In this document: in pieces, positions 19,500-29,020 of the stretch
Layout: each line of letters begins with the position of its first letter
Numbering within the stretch: the stretch's first letter is position 1
Assembly (NCBI GenBank): GCA_964561945.1
Contig: CAZLQM010000001.1
Location: forward strand, 25,655 to 89,654
Origin: an uncultured Gammaproteobacteria bacterium
GTDB lineage: Bacteria; Patescibacteriota; Microgenomatia; CAYXHB01
DNA length: 64,000 nucleotides
Direction: 5' to 3'
Position numbers and translations under genes: made by a program
Notes under the pieces: model-generated
Seen by the model: the letters and a program-made list of their open reading frames with translations, nothing else
Databases searched by the model: none
What the model was told of the DNA's origin: nothing

Positions 19500-20303
19500 T
19501 TATCTGTGATTTTGTTGTAATTGCCAAAGCTTAATATAAGAAATAGATTTGCTAAATGCTTGATAAACCCCGTCTATTATTCCTTCGGTGTTATCTAAAA
19601 AACCCCGTTTGATGATAATTCTCGACCATATTTCTGAGATGAAGGGTCGAATAAAACGATAACTTTTCATTGGTGGGTGATTAGATTCAAATAAGAGTTG
19701 GCCTTCGGTATTTGACCAATTTTGAGTTTTTTCTACCATATCCTCTAAACTAGTATGTTTGAAATGATTGAGATAATTATGAAGATGACCCGTTTGACCT
19801 AATATCTTGGGTTGTTCATGGACTTTGCCTTGATAGCCAATCAAATTGGGTCGACGTATTAATCGCATAACATAATCCGGCCACCAGCCGGCGTGTTTCA
19901 TGGGTTTGTTTAAAATATAATTTAGACGTGGAATTGCAAAAGCCACAATCTGAGATTGATTGATTTTTTGAGTTATTTCTTGTGCAAGTTGAGGTGTGAC
20001 TTGTTCGTCTGCATCAATAAATAGTATCCAGTCATTGGTTGCTGATTTGGTGGCATTGTATCTCCATTGGCTGAAATGAGTTCCTGACTGTAGGACTATC
20101 TTAGATTTATAATGGGTGGCAATTTGTTCAAGTTCATTTGTGTGTGCACTAGTAGCTATGATTCGCTCTTGGCACCACATAAGCGAATTTAAAGCTTGAG
20201 GGAGTAATTGAATGGCGTCAAACCATTTGGGGTTGATAATTATAATTGCAGATATTGCTGAATTCATAAATATTGAACTGCTAAAAATAGCGACCTTTGC
20301 CAA
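19500..20303 (-). CDS. GT2 family glycosyltransferase
   Basis: 'WILFIDADEQVTPQLAQEI' and a C-terminal '...SYIKLWQ' shared with the 21202-22098 protein, so the two look like paralogs. Confidence 0.65.
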   Translation of the reverse strand: MAKVAIFSSSIFMNSAISAIIIINPKWFDAIQLLPQALNSLMWCQERIIATSAHTNELEQIATHYKSKIVLQSGTHFSQWRYNATKSATNDWILFIDADEQVTPQLAQEITQKINQSQIVAFAIPRLNYILNKPMKHAGWWPDYVMRLIRRPNLIGYQGKVHEQPKILGQTGHLHNYLNHFKHTSLEDMVEKTQNWSNTEGQLLFESNHPPMKSYRFIRPFISEIWSRIIIKRGFLDNTEGIIDGVYQAFSKSISYIKLWQLQQNHR

Positions 20304-21192
20304 AATTACGTAGGTAGAAATCTCTCACTCCACGTTTCTGATAAGGTCGGCCTGAGATTAATATTTTGAAACTTTCTCGTATTAAAGAAAGCTTAGTTCT
20401 TAGTGGGGCATATCTTTGGCCGAGTAATAAGCGATTGCGAGTTAAATAATAATCATGCAAATTTGAACCTGATCCGCTGGATGAGGAATTAATGTGCCAG
20501 AGTTTGGCGGATGGCACATACCAAATTTGATCATTATCGTTAATTCTTAGACATAAATCTGAGTCTTCATAATAAAGATAGTATCTATTATCGAATAGAT
20601 CTTGCTCTTGCCATAGTTTCTTATGGATAAGCATTGAGCAACCTGTAGCAACGGGAATTTGAGTTGGTTGGTCATATTGACCTTGATCAACTTCGTCAAT
20701 GCCTCGGTGCGAAATTATTAAATTATCCCAATCTATCACACCGCCTGCATACCAAATGACTTTGCCAATGTCTTCTTGGGTGTATCTCTGATGATGATAT
20801 TCACGATGTGGGGCAAAATAGATTTTTGGGCTTAAAATTACTGATTGCGGTTTGGTTTGGGCAAATGTATATAAATTATTTAATAAATTAGAGTGGCTAA
20901 TTGTGTCATTGTTGAGCAGAAAAACCCAGTCTGCATCTATTTCTCTTGCATATACGACTCCAAGATTATTACCACCAGTAAACCCACTGTTTTGGTTGTT
21001 AGTTATAATTTTGAGTTTAGGAAATTTGGCAGATAAATAATTAACTGAGTCGTCTTGAGAATTATTGTCTACAACAACGACCTGATGGTTAATGCCCTTT
21101 GGAATAATTAATTTATTTAGTGATTTTATACAATTATACGTATCTGACTTACCGTTGTAGTTAAGAATTATTGTAACGATTGTTATAGCCAT
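20281..21192 (-). CDS. GT2 family glycosyltransferase (rhamnosyltransferase-like)
   Basis: 'VTIILNYNGKSDT', 'VVVVDNNSQDDS' and 'FLLNNDT'. Confidence 0.8.
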   Translation of the reverse strand: MAITIVTIILNYNGKSDTYNCIKSLNKLIIPKGINHQVVVVDNNSQDDSVNYLSAKFPKLKIITNNQNSGFTGGNNLGVVYAREIDADWVFLLNNDTISHSNLLNNLYTFAQTKPQSVILSPKIYFAPHREYHHQRYTQEDIGKVIWYAGGVIDWDNLIISHRGIDEVDQGQYDQPTQIPVATGCSMLIHKKLWQEQDLFDNRYYLYYEDSDLCLRINDNDQIWYVPSAKLWHINSSSSGSGSNLHDYYLTRNRLLLGQRYAPLRTKLSLIRESFKILISGRPYQKRGVRDFYLRNFGKGRYF

Positions 21193-21201
21193 GAAGAATT
21201 G

Positions 21202-22098
21202 TTAAAAAAATTTACTTTTGAGCTTATGCATGATACGCTGGGTGGAATTTGTTTGAGTTTGGGATTGCCAGTAATAATAGTCTTTGATTTGTTTATTAAT
21301 AATGCTGGAAACAGAACTCTGAGAAAGATTGTCTGGTTTGAATTTGGTTGATTGCCACAGTTTGAGATAAAGAACTAATTCTGAAACAGATTGAAGTAAG
21401 CAAATTGCGAGTCCATGCAATCCATCTTTATACCCCTGACCTGCGAAATATCGACTTAGAAACTCAGATGTTGGTTTGGTAATTAAATCTGGCCATGTAA
21501 ATTTATATCTTTGATTAATTAAATTAATAACTTGCTGGTCTGTATATCGATTCACCCTGCTTATAAATTGTGAAATGTTCTGATAATTATGATGCTCTAT
21601 ACTTAAATTTTCATTTGGTTCTATGAAATATTCTTTACCTTTTTTTTGAGGAATTGAGTGTATTTCATCATTCCAGATGACTTGATTTCTTTTGAAGAAA
21701 CGGATGTTATAGTCTGGCCACCATCTCGCATACTTGATAGCTTGACCAAAGATAATGTTATTTCGCGGGACCCATACGTAGTCTGCAAGTTGATTCTGGA
21801 TAATTCGATCAAATTCAAAAAGTAATTGCCGATTTGCACGCTCATCAGCGTCAATAATAAAAATCCAGTTTCCAGATGCTTTGGAAATAGCGAAGTTTCT
21901 GGCTGGTTCTACATAGCCAACATTGGGATGGTTAAAAATGGTGAGATTGTTATCCTTGGCAATCTTGATTGTATCGTCCGTACTCTCCATATCGACCAAA
22001 ATAATTTCGTCCGCCCAGTTCTTAATTGAATCGACACACCCCTGAAGCATTTCTTGTTCGTTGCGTGTATTGATGACTACAGATTTGGTTATTTTCAT
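21202..22098 (-). CDS. GT2 family glycosyltransferase
   Basis: 'WIFIIDADERANRQLL' and C-terminal 'LYLKLWQ'. Paralog of the 19500-20303 protein. Confidence 0.75.
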   Translation of the reverse strand: MKITKSVVINTRNEQEMLQGCVDSIKNWADEIILVDMESTDDTIKIAKDNNLTIFNHPNVGYVEPARNFAISKASGNWIFIIDADERANRQLLFEFDRIIQNQLADYVWVPRNNIIFGQAIKYARWWPDYNIRFFKRNQVIWNDEIHSIPQKKGKEYFIEPNENLSIEHHNYQNISQFISRVNRYTDQQVINLINQRYKFTWPDLITKPTSEFLSRYFAGQGYKDGLHGLAICLLQSVSELVLYLKLWQSTKFKPDNLSQSSVSSIINKQIKDYYYWQSQTQTNSTQRIMHKLKSKFF

Positions 22099-22115
22099 AT
22101 ATATATTTTATCTTA

Positions 22116-25100
22116 TTAATGTATCTTATAAATATTGATCAACCCATTATCATATAGTAGTCTTGCATTGAGTTCATGAAGCATATAGGGGAAAGGCTCA
22201 TCCGCGCGGTGATAAAAGTACATAACTTGGTTATCTTTTATGAACTCCTGAGCAGAAGATAATGATTTTGTCTGATAAAAAGCCATTATTTGATTACGTT
22301 TGGTTTTCCAATCTAAACCTAGAATTTCTAAATTAACTTCGTCTTCTAGTACTGAAGGCTGAAAACTAATAGCAGAAATATAGGCTGTCGACTCATATGC
22401 AAATAAGGGGCGAGGCTCATCATATTTAAATTTGAGTTCCTTTTGATATGGGTACGACAAAACATGACCCGTGTCTTGTTTTTTGAGGAAATTAAGTGCG
22501 TGCATTTCTTCTGTTGGAATTCGACTTGGAGATCTTGACGGTAAATAATGTTTGAGCGTTCCATAGGTTGTAGGTATATTTATGATAATAAGAAGAATAA
22601 ATATTGCGTTTCTCAAAAAGAAAAATTTGATTTTGGAAATGGCGATTGCAGTCCAGATGCTGGAAATAAACAAACTATAATACATAAATTGAATAGTGTT
22701 CCACGAGGTGCCTTTTTGAATAAAAAAGAGTGGAAATAAAATACCAAAGATAAAAATGTAAAACATTAATTTAGAAACGTAGTCTTTATTCGGAGAATTA
22801 AATATATAATCAAGGATTCCAATTACACGCGTCCAAAAATTACCAATAATGAATATTGCTGTGCTTAGTCCAAATGCCAAAAATAATTTGGGGTAGTTAT
22901 GGTTAGTCTGATAAGCTTGAATTGCATTAGCCATATTTATCCAATGGAAGCGATCATTATCTTGAAGCATTGTCGTGATAAACCAGAATGGTTGCCAAAC
23001 AAAAAACGAGTTTGATGAATTATTAATATTTATAAATGGAAATAAAAATATGAAACTAATTGTGCAACTTAAGATTAGTAATTTGGTAATAGGTGCGAAA
23101 TTATGATTTATAATTCTTGTTTTAAATCTAGAAGTGATATTTCCTGTTCTAATCAACTCTTCAATTGAAAGAAGTGCTAAGCCTAGTATTACTAGTATGC
23201 TTGAATAAATTTTTGTTTGAGCTAACAAACCCACAAAGATAGCAAGAAGGAATAATAAATTAATTGTTGGCTTGTGAATATATTTATTAAAACTGATTAA
23301 GAATAACAAGAGAATAACAAGAGAAAGAGCAAATGGAGGATTAATTAGTGTAGAAATAGATTGTTGTGCCCAAAATGTTGTTTCTCCCCCTGTAGATTTG
23401 GAGTTAATTAAACTAAATATCCAGCCTGCACTACCCGCTGTAAAGGCGCTGAAAATTGCAAACATTGGGGCTGTCTTATTATTAGAAATTTGTTTGGTGA
23501 AAAACCAAAGTAGGGTTGCAATAATAATCGAGATAAGAAATGGCATTAGATGAAAATATGTCGTTATTAATGACAAGTTAGTGATACGGGAAATAAACGC
23601 TAGTAATGCATCATAAAAGAAATGATAATTTTGTAATTTTGTATTTGCTAATAAGGGATTTTCTAATGAAAAAGTTTTTTGGAAACTGGAGGCAATAGAA
23701 AGATGCCAAATGGCATCGTGTCCATTGGGTCCCCAAAAACCTAAGCCATAATTCATAAGTTGCCCGCTTCTGATCATGACAAGTGACCATATAGCTGAAA
23801 CAAATATAATAATGAATGGGGTCAAGAATTGCCTGAAAGTTATTATTAAAATAAATAAACTAACACCGATTACGATAACGTAATCAATATAGTCATATTT
23901 GGGCCACAATGATTTCCATGGTGGATTGAGATTATCAGAAATATTTAGAGCTGTATCAATTTGCGCAGGTATCGTAAGTAAGAGATTCGAATGTGGGTTG
24001 CGATTAGCAATAAATGGCTCTGGATAAGTTGAGTCATAATTGCGGAGGTCTCGAATAGTTGTTTGCCCATTTACACTCAAAAGTCCTTTACGGTGAGTTG
24101 AATCCATTTTCCATTCGGCAAGTTCATTTATATTTAAGGGATTATTCAATGAGATAGTATGCGACGGAGAAGTTGAGTATTTTTTCAAATACCAATTGGC
24201 AAATTGTTTAAATTGAACAACCTCTAGTTCTTGTTTTTTTGCCCTATTGGAAACGTAAGTAAGTTGGTTAGCGACTTCAGGTCCGTATTTTTCTAAATCA
24301 TAATCATTCTCGATACCGATTAATAGAAATCCAAATTGATTTGAATCATTATCAAGATAGCTACTAGCAATTTGTTTGAAATAATTTATATCTAGAGAAT
24401 GAAGCATGTAATCATTGGCTTGGACGCTATGGGTACTTTGGTGAACACTTAAGCCATATCCATTGACAGCATCTCTGGCCGCCCACTGACCTACAACTAG
24501 GGGCATTCTAGAATCTTCTGTATTTGCTGGTACAAGTATGTTCTGAAGAGATGGAATATAGGGGACTCCCCAGTAGCTTCCCCATAACTGGTAATGATCA
24601 GTGCTATATTGGTCTGCACAAATTATAATTCCAGTGACCCCATATTTATCTGTTAGGTATTTAGCAGAAAAAGCATCAATGTGCCACGCCCCAACTGTAC
24701 GAGGATATTGCCCGTATATTGTCAAAAACTTATTCATAGTTCGGTCAATTAAATTAATCCTTTCATTAATTGAATAGCCAGACAAGAAGATTGCATTGGC
24801 ATCATACCAGTATGAATTGGGATCATATTGAACATCTGCCTCGCCTGCGAGCGACTTGGTTATTTCCATAAAGACTCCGACTTCGTCTTGAGGCTGTCTT
24901 GATTTAATTAACTTATTAATTTGTGGATCAAGCATGGCATCGAACCGCATTAGCCATGTTGCAGAAACTTGATTTGAAGTTACGATATTAGCCAACATTT
25001 GTGTTTGGGAAAAAGGGCTTGAAGCGTTAGTCCAGTTATCACTACCTCTGATCGGATAAACAGGAGAGACAAATTTGGAAGCAGCTTGAACAGACGAAAG

Positions 25101-25163
25101 TTGCCCGGCAAATATAGTAAATAAAAAAGTAAGTAAAAATATTTGTTTTATTTGGTTGGCCAT
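22116..25163 (-). CDS. 1015-aa polytopic membrane protein: signal peptide, ~380-aa extracytoplasmic domain, ~15 TM helices, ~110-aa C-terminal soluble domain
   Basis: Hydrophobicity pattern read by eye; no catalytic motif was identified. Sits inside the glycosylation island. Confidence 0.6.
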   Translation of the reverse strand: MANQIKQIFLLTFLFTIFAGQLSSVQAASKFVSPVYPIRGSDNWTNASSPFSQTQMLANIVTSNQVSATWLMRFDAMLDPQINKLIKSRQPQDEVGVFMEITKSLAGEADVQYDPNSYWYDANAIFLSGYSINERINLIDRTMNKFLTIYGQYPRTVGAWHIDAFSAKYLTDKYGVTGIIICADQYSTDHYQLWGSYWGVPYIPSLQNILVPANTEDSRMPLVVGQWAARDAVNGYGLSVHQSTHSVQANDYMLHSLDINYFKQIASSYLDNDSNQFGFLLIGIENDYDLEKYGPEVANQLTYVSNRAKKQELEVVQFKQFANWYLKKYSTSPSHTISLNNPLNINELAEWKMDSTHRKGLLSVNGQTTIRDLRNYDSTYPEPFIANRNPHSNLLLTIPAQIDTALNISDNLNPPWKSLWPKYDYIDYVIVIGVSLFILIITFRQFLTPFIIIFVSAIWSLVMIRSGQLMNYGLGFWGPNGHDAIWHLSIASSFQKTFSLENPLLANTKLQNYHFFYDALLAFISRITNLSLITTYFHLMPFLISIIIATLLWFFTKQISNNKTAPMFAIFSAFTAGSAGWIFSLINSKSTGGETTFWAQQSISTLINPPFALSLVILLLFLISFNKYIHKPTINLLFLLAIFVGLLAQTKIYSSILVILGLALLSIEELIRTGNITSRFKTRIINHNFAPITKLLILSCTISFIFLFPFININNSSNSFFVWQPFWFITTMLQDNDRFHWINMANAIQAYQTNHNYPKLFLAFGLSTAIFIIGNFWTRVIGILDYIFNSPNKDYVSKLMFYIFIFGILFPLFFIQKGTSWNTIQFMYYSLFISSIWTAIAISKIKFFFLRNAIFILLIIINIPTTYGTLKHYLPSRSPSRIPTEEMHALNFLKKQDTGHVLSYPYQKELKFKYDEPRPLFAYESTAYISAISFQPSVLEDEVNLEILGLDWKTKRNQIMAFYQTKSLSSAQEFIKDNQVMYFYHRADEPFPYMLHELNARLLYDNGLINIYKIH

Positions 25164-26608
25164 ATTGATTTGGTAAATTTAGCAATCAAGTCATTTACTA
25201 AAACAGGAGCCATTAACTTTAGAGCAATAAAATAAATAATAGCGCTGGTTGTAACTGTTAACAATAAATTAACCCAAGATAGAGCCATATAATGACTGAG
25301 TAATACTGCGCATGCTCCCATGATAGTAACGGATAAAAACGGTGGTAAGAGGGCGGTTGTAAAACTAAAATTAACGAATTTTTTGAGAATCAACAAAGGA
25401 ATGATTGAAGCAAAAGAAATTATTCCAACTCCAATGGCGACGCCTTCATAGCCGTACATCCAACCCAAAGGTGCGACAATTAACCAAGTTAAAATAGTCC
25501 ACATGATCATTAGTTTGGTGACTATTTTGATATGGCCAATTGCAGCTAGGGCATTAGTTGCTGGAGTTGACACTGCGGCCCATAGGCTGTTAATAGCATA
25601 AAGATAGAAAAGAAAAATGGCTGGCTCCCATTTATTGTATCTAGGGATTAGCTTAATTAGGACATCAAGAATTGCTGCGGCGCCAACCACGAAGGGAAAT
25701 ACTGAGGCAGCCGAGAAAAAGATCATTTTGGTTATTGCTGATTGTAGCTTGGATTGATTATCTTGAATTTGGGAGATTGCGGGAAAGGTAACACGGGTTA
25801 CGTTGTCTGAAATGAAACGCAGAGGTTTCTGTGACCAAGTTTGAGCCCATCCCAAATATCCTAAACCGGATGGACCTACGACACCACCGAGAATTACATT
25901 AAGCAGTCTGTCTTTGATGGCGGCAATTATTGTATTTAGTTGATATGGAACCCCAAACTTGAGTAGCTTCTTAATGGATGATTTGTCCCAGGCTAAACCG
26001 ATACGCCAAGGAGAAAGTATGTAGATAGTAAATAAGCCAACGACGCCTCGGGCTATAACAGCAAAAGAATAACTGTTGATACCGAATCCCTTGATTGCCA
26101 TTACTACAGCAATCGAATAGAAAATAATGGTTTCGATGGTTTCTACGATTACAAGTTTTTCAAACTTGAGAGATCTCTCGATGAGGACTGAGGGGATGGT
26201 CTTGAGCGATGCTAAGAAAAATCCAAATAGAACCGATGCCCACAATAAGATAGTCTGATTGTCCCAACCATAGACGTGAGCTAAAAGTGGTGAAATGACC
26301 AATCCAGTGATACATAAAGTTCCAAATAATAATTGTTGGATTGTAAAACTAGTTCGTAAATCATTTAGAGTAGGAATGTTTTTTTGCTGGATAAGTGAAG
26401 CTGACAAACCTACGTCAGAAAAATAACTTAGGATGCCTACTAATTCATTCACAAGGAAGAAAATACCAAATTCTTTGGGGGAAAGATATTGAGTTAGAAA
26501 GAAAATACCAACCAAACTAAAGAGTTGCAAGAAACCACTCCTACTGACAAGAACTATCATGCTTCGAGTTACATTGGTACTTATTTCATGATGAGTTTGA
26601 TTAGTCAT
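25148..26608 (-). CDS. wzx: Wzx-type oligosaccharide flippase (polysaccharide biosynthesis protein family)
   Basis: 'FGIFFLVNELVGILSYFSDVGLSASLIQQK' signature and about 12 TM helices. Confidence 0.8.
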   Translation of the reverse strand: MTNQTHHEISTNVTRSMIVLVSRSGFLQLFSLVGIFFLTQYLSPKEFGIFFLVNELVGILSYFSDVGLSASLIQQKNIPTLNDLRTSFTIQQLLFGTLCITGLVISPLLAHVYGWDNQTILLWASVLFGFFLASLKTIPSVLIERSLKFEKLVIVETIETIIFYSIAVVMAIKGFGINSYSFAVIARGVVGLFTIYILSPWRIGLAWDKSSIKKLLKFGVPYQLNTIIAAIKDRLLNVILGGVVGPSGLGYLGWAQTWSQKPLRFISDNVTRVTFPAISQIQDNQSKLQSAITKMIFFSAASVFPFVVGAAAILDVLIKLIPRYNKWEPAIFLFYLYAINSLWAAVSTPATNALAAIGHIKIVTKLMIMWTILTWLIVAPLGWMYGYEGVAIGVGIISFASIIPLLILKKFVNFSFTTALLPPFLSVTIMGACAVLLSHYMALSWVNLLLTVTTSAIIYFIALKLMAPVLVNDLIAKFTKSIWPTK

Positions 26609-26629
26609 GGGTTTGAAATTTGGATGTAA

Positions 26630-28186
26630 CTAAGGACGCGTAACTTGATATAGCATGAGTGATTGATGAGTCCCATCGGGCCTAGTGGCTTTGGGGAAGC
26701 TCTGAACTAGAACGAGATTGGAAGATTGAATATCTTTGATCTTAAGACGTTCGTCATTGAATACAAGATAAACTAAGTTTTCTTGAGTAGCATCAAGGAG
26801 AGATTGCGGAACTTGATCAATGATGAATGAATGACCAATGACAGTAACATTGGGGCGTTTATCAAAATATATTTGCAATCCATCTGGGGTGGTGCCAAAA
26901 AAGCCTTCTGTACCTACGACGATACGATTCGAATGACTTTGGCGGTCGATATAACTAGCTATTTGATCTAAGCCTTGTCCTGCTGTCCATTCTTCTAGGT
27001 ACCCTGATCTTTCGATGCGAGGCAGATTGGCTTGGTCTGGATTTGTAATAATGATTATGGATTGATGTAAGCCATATCCGAAGAGGATAATGAGAAAAAG
27101 TAATTTGAGAAAAAGATTTTTGCGATAATGATAAAAAACCTGTGTAAATCCAATTGAAGCTAAAATTAAGAATGGTGGCACTATAAAAAAGAAGTACCGA
27201 GCGGTTAACCCACGGGCGACAAAAATTTGGATAATAGATGGACCGACTATCCAGAGGAGGAAAAATAAGACTTTGGTTTTTTTTGTTCGAAATAGAAAGA
27301 ATATGCCTAAGGATGAAAATATTAAAACGCCAGGAGTTATCAAATACCAGATAAAACTTACAAAAGCTGAGGCGTTAGTTTGGAAAATGCCAATTGGGTT
27401 AGCTATAATTTCGGAGAATGGGAAACGGTAATCTTGATTACGCAGTGAAATTTGATGGAACTCTGGTCCAAGTCTAAGAACATTGTAAATTGCATAGGCA
27501 ATAACCAAGGTCAGAGACAATAAAATTGCAAATTTCAAATAGTGCCAGCAATTAAAGCGAGGAAGCAAAAGGGGGGCCATAACTCCTAGAAAGATGAAAA
27601 CTATGGCTGGAGATTTGGTAAGGAGTGCAAGTCCAAGCACTCCTCCACTGATTAATGCAGTGTCTAGACGAGTGTATTTGGCTATTAAATATGTAAAAAC
27701 TAACGACCAAATTCCAAACATTAAAAGTAAACTATCTGCCAATGCGTATCTATCAAAAAATAAAGTGTACGGGATAATGGCATATAATAAACCTGTGATC
27801 AAAGAGGTTAGGCGACGCTTGGTGAGTAAATAAGTTAGAATATATAAACCTATTACACTTGAAGTACCTGCAAATATAGAAACTAATCTGCCTGCGTAGA
27901 GAGGGTTGGAAATTAATTTAAGGAAAGGGATAATCAGCCACATAAATAAAGGTTGCTTGCCATCTGTCAAAGGTAAAAAACGCAAAGTGGGCTCGGCACG
28001 CATAACTTGAGCCCAGCGGATATATATAGCTTCGTCAGCAAAGATTGGCCAAATTAGTAAGTTGATAATTCTCAACCCAAAGGTAATTAATACAAGGGAA
28101 ACTATAAGAAGCAGATGTGGTTTGAGTTTGCGCCAAATTGTTAGGGCTTGTTGAGGAGTATCAAACATAGAGACCCTTAAGATCAT
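26630..28186 (-). CDS. GT-C fold glycosyltransferase (ArnT/PMT-like)
   Basis: First-loop 'FADEAIYIRWAQVM' DE motif in a 518-aa multi-TM ORF. Confidence 0.75.
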   Translation of the reverse strand: MILRVSMFDTPQQALTIWRKLKPHLLLIVSLVLITFGLRIINLLIWPIFADEAIYIRWAQVMRAEPTLRFLPLTDGKQPLFMWLIIPFLKLISNPLYAGRLVSIFAGTSSVIGLYILTYLLTKRRLTSLITGLLYAIIPYTLFFDRYALADSLLLMFGIWSLVFTYLIAKYTRLDTALISGGVLGLALLTKSPAIVFIFLGVMAPLLLPRFNCWHYLKFAILLSLTLVIAYAIYNVLRLGPEFHQISLRNQDYRFPFSEIIANPIGIFQTNASAFVSFIWYLITPGVLIFSSLGIFFLFRTKKTKVLFFLLWIVGPSIIQIFVARGLTARYFFFIVPPFLILASIGFTQVFYHYRKNLFLKLLFLIILFGYGLHQSIIIITNPDQANLPRIERSGYLEEWTAGQGLDQIASYIDRQSHSNRIVVGTEGFFGTTPDGLQIYFDKRPNVTVIGHSFIIDQVPQSLLDATQENLVYLVFNDERLKIKDIQSSNLVLVQSFPKATRPDGTHQSLMLYQVTRP

Positions 28187-28922
28187 TTAATCTGACTCTG
28201 AGTATTTGTTTAATCATGTCAAGTGATTCTTGAATAAACTTTTGGGCAGTACGGTCTTTGCTGGTACTAAGGTCACTATCTTCCCATTTCACGGGAACTT
28301 CTTTGATAGAATGTTTGAACTTCTGAGCAAGAAAAAGAAACTCTACATCCCAAGCGGCTACTGTCCACCCTTTAGCAGAATGTGTTTGGTCGAAAATCAT
28401 CATTTTGGAAAAAATATCTTTGGCAATATCAGTTTGAACTAGCTTAAAACCACATTGTGTGTCTTTGATTTGAGAAAGAAGTAGGCTGCGACGAAAAATG
28501 CCGAATAAATTTGAAGCCAGCTTGCGCCAAATAGAAGAGTTTTTGCGCTGGTTACCACGCGATCCGATGACAACAGGAAATCCTGATTCTGCGAATTTGA
28601 TTAATTTATTAACTTGATCAATGGGAGTAGATTGATCCATATCGGTAAATAAGGTGTAGGCGCCTCTAGCATTATGAAGTCCTGCGCGTAAAGCAAAGGC
28701 TTTGCCTCCGTGAGCATTTTTGAGTAAATGGATGTGAGAATTGAGGTGTTTTTGGACATAATCAATGCTTCCATCAGTGCTTTGGTCATCTGAGACAATT
28801 ATTTCGTATGTGAAGTTTTGTTTTGATAAATAATTATCAAGATCTAACAAAGCACCATTATTGAGATTTTGCAACTCGTTGTAGCAAGGAACTACAATTG
28901 ATAAATAAATATTAGAGTTCAT
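28161..28922 (-). CDS. polyprenyl-phosphate glycosyltransferase, GT2 (DPM1/ArnC-like)
   Basis: 'SIVVPCYNE', 'IIVSDDQSTDGS', 'DTQCGFKL' and 'GSRGNQRKNS'. Confidence 0.8.
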   Translation of the reverse strand: MNSNIYLSIVVPCYNELQNLNNGALLDLDNYLSKQNFTYEIIVSDDQSTDGSIDYVQKHLNSHIHLLKNAHGGKAFALRAGLHNARGAYTLFTDMDQSTPIDQVNKLIKFAESGFPVVIGSRGNQRKNSSIWRKLASNLFGIFRRSLLLSQIKDTQCGFKLVQTDIAKDIFSKMMIFDQTHSAKGWTVAAWDVEFLFLAQKFKHSIKEVPVKWEDSDLSTSKDRTAQKFIQESLDMIKQILRVRLNDLKGLYV

Positions 28923-29020
28923 GTTTTTGCTAATTGTATCTGTTTTATATGGTAATTGTCGATTAAAATTGAATGGTTGATAAATGAAATTTTAGATTCC
29001 GGATAAGACTATACCAGAGC

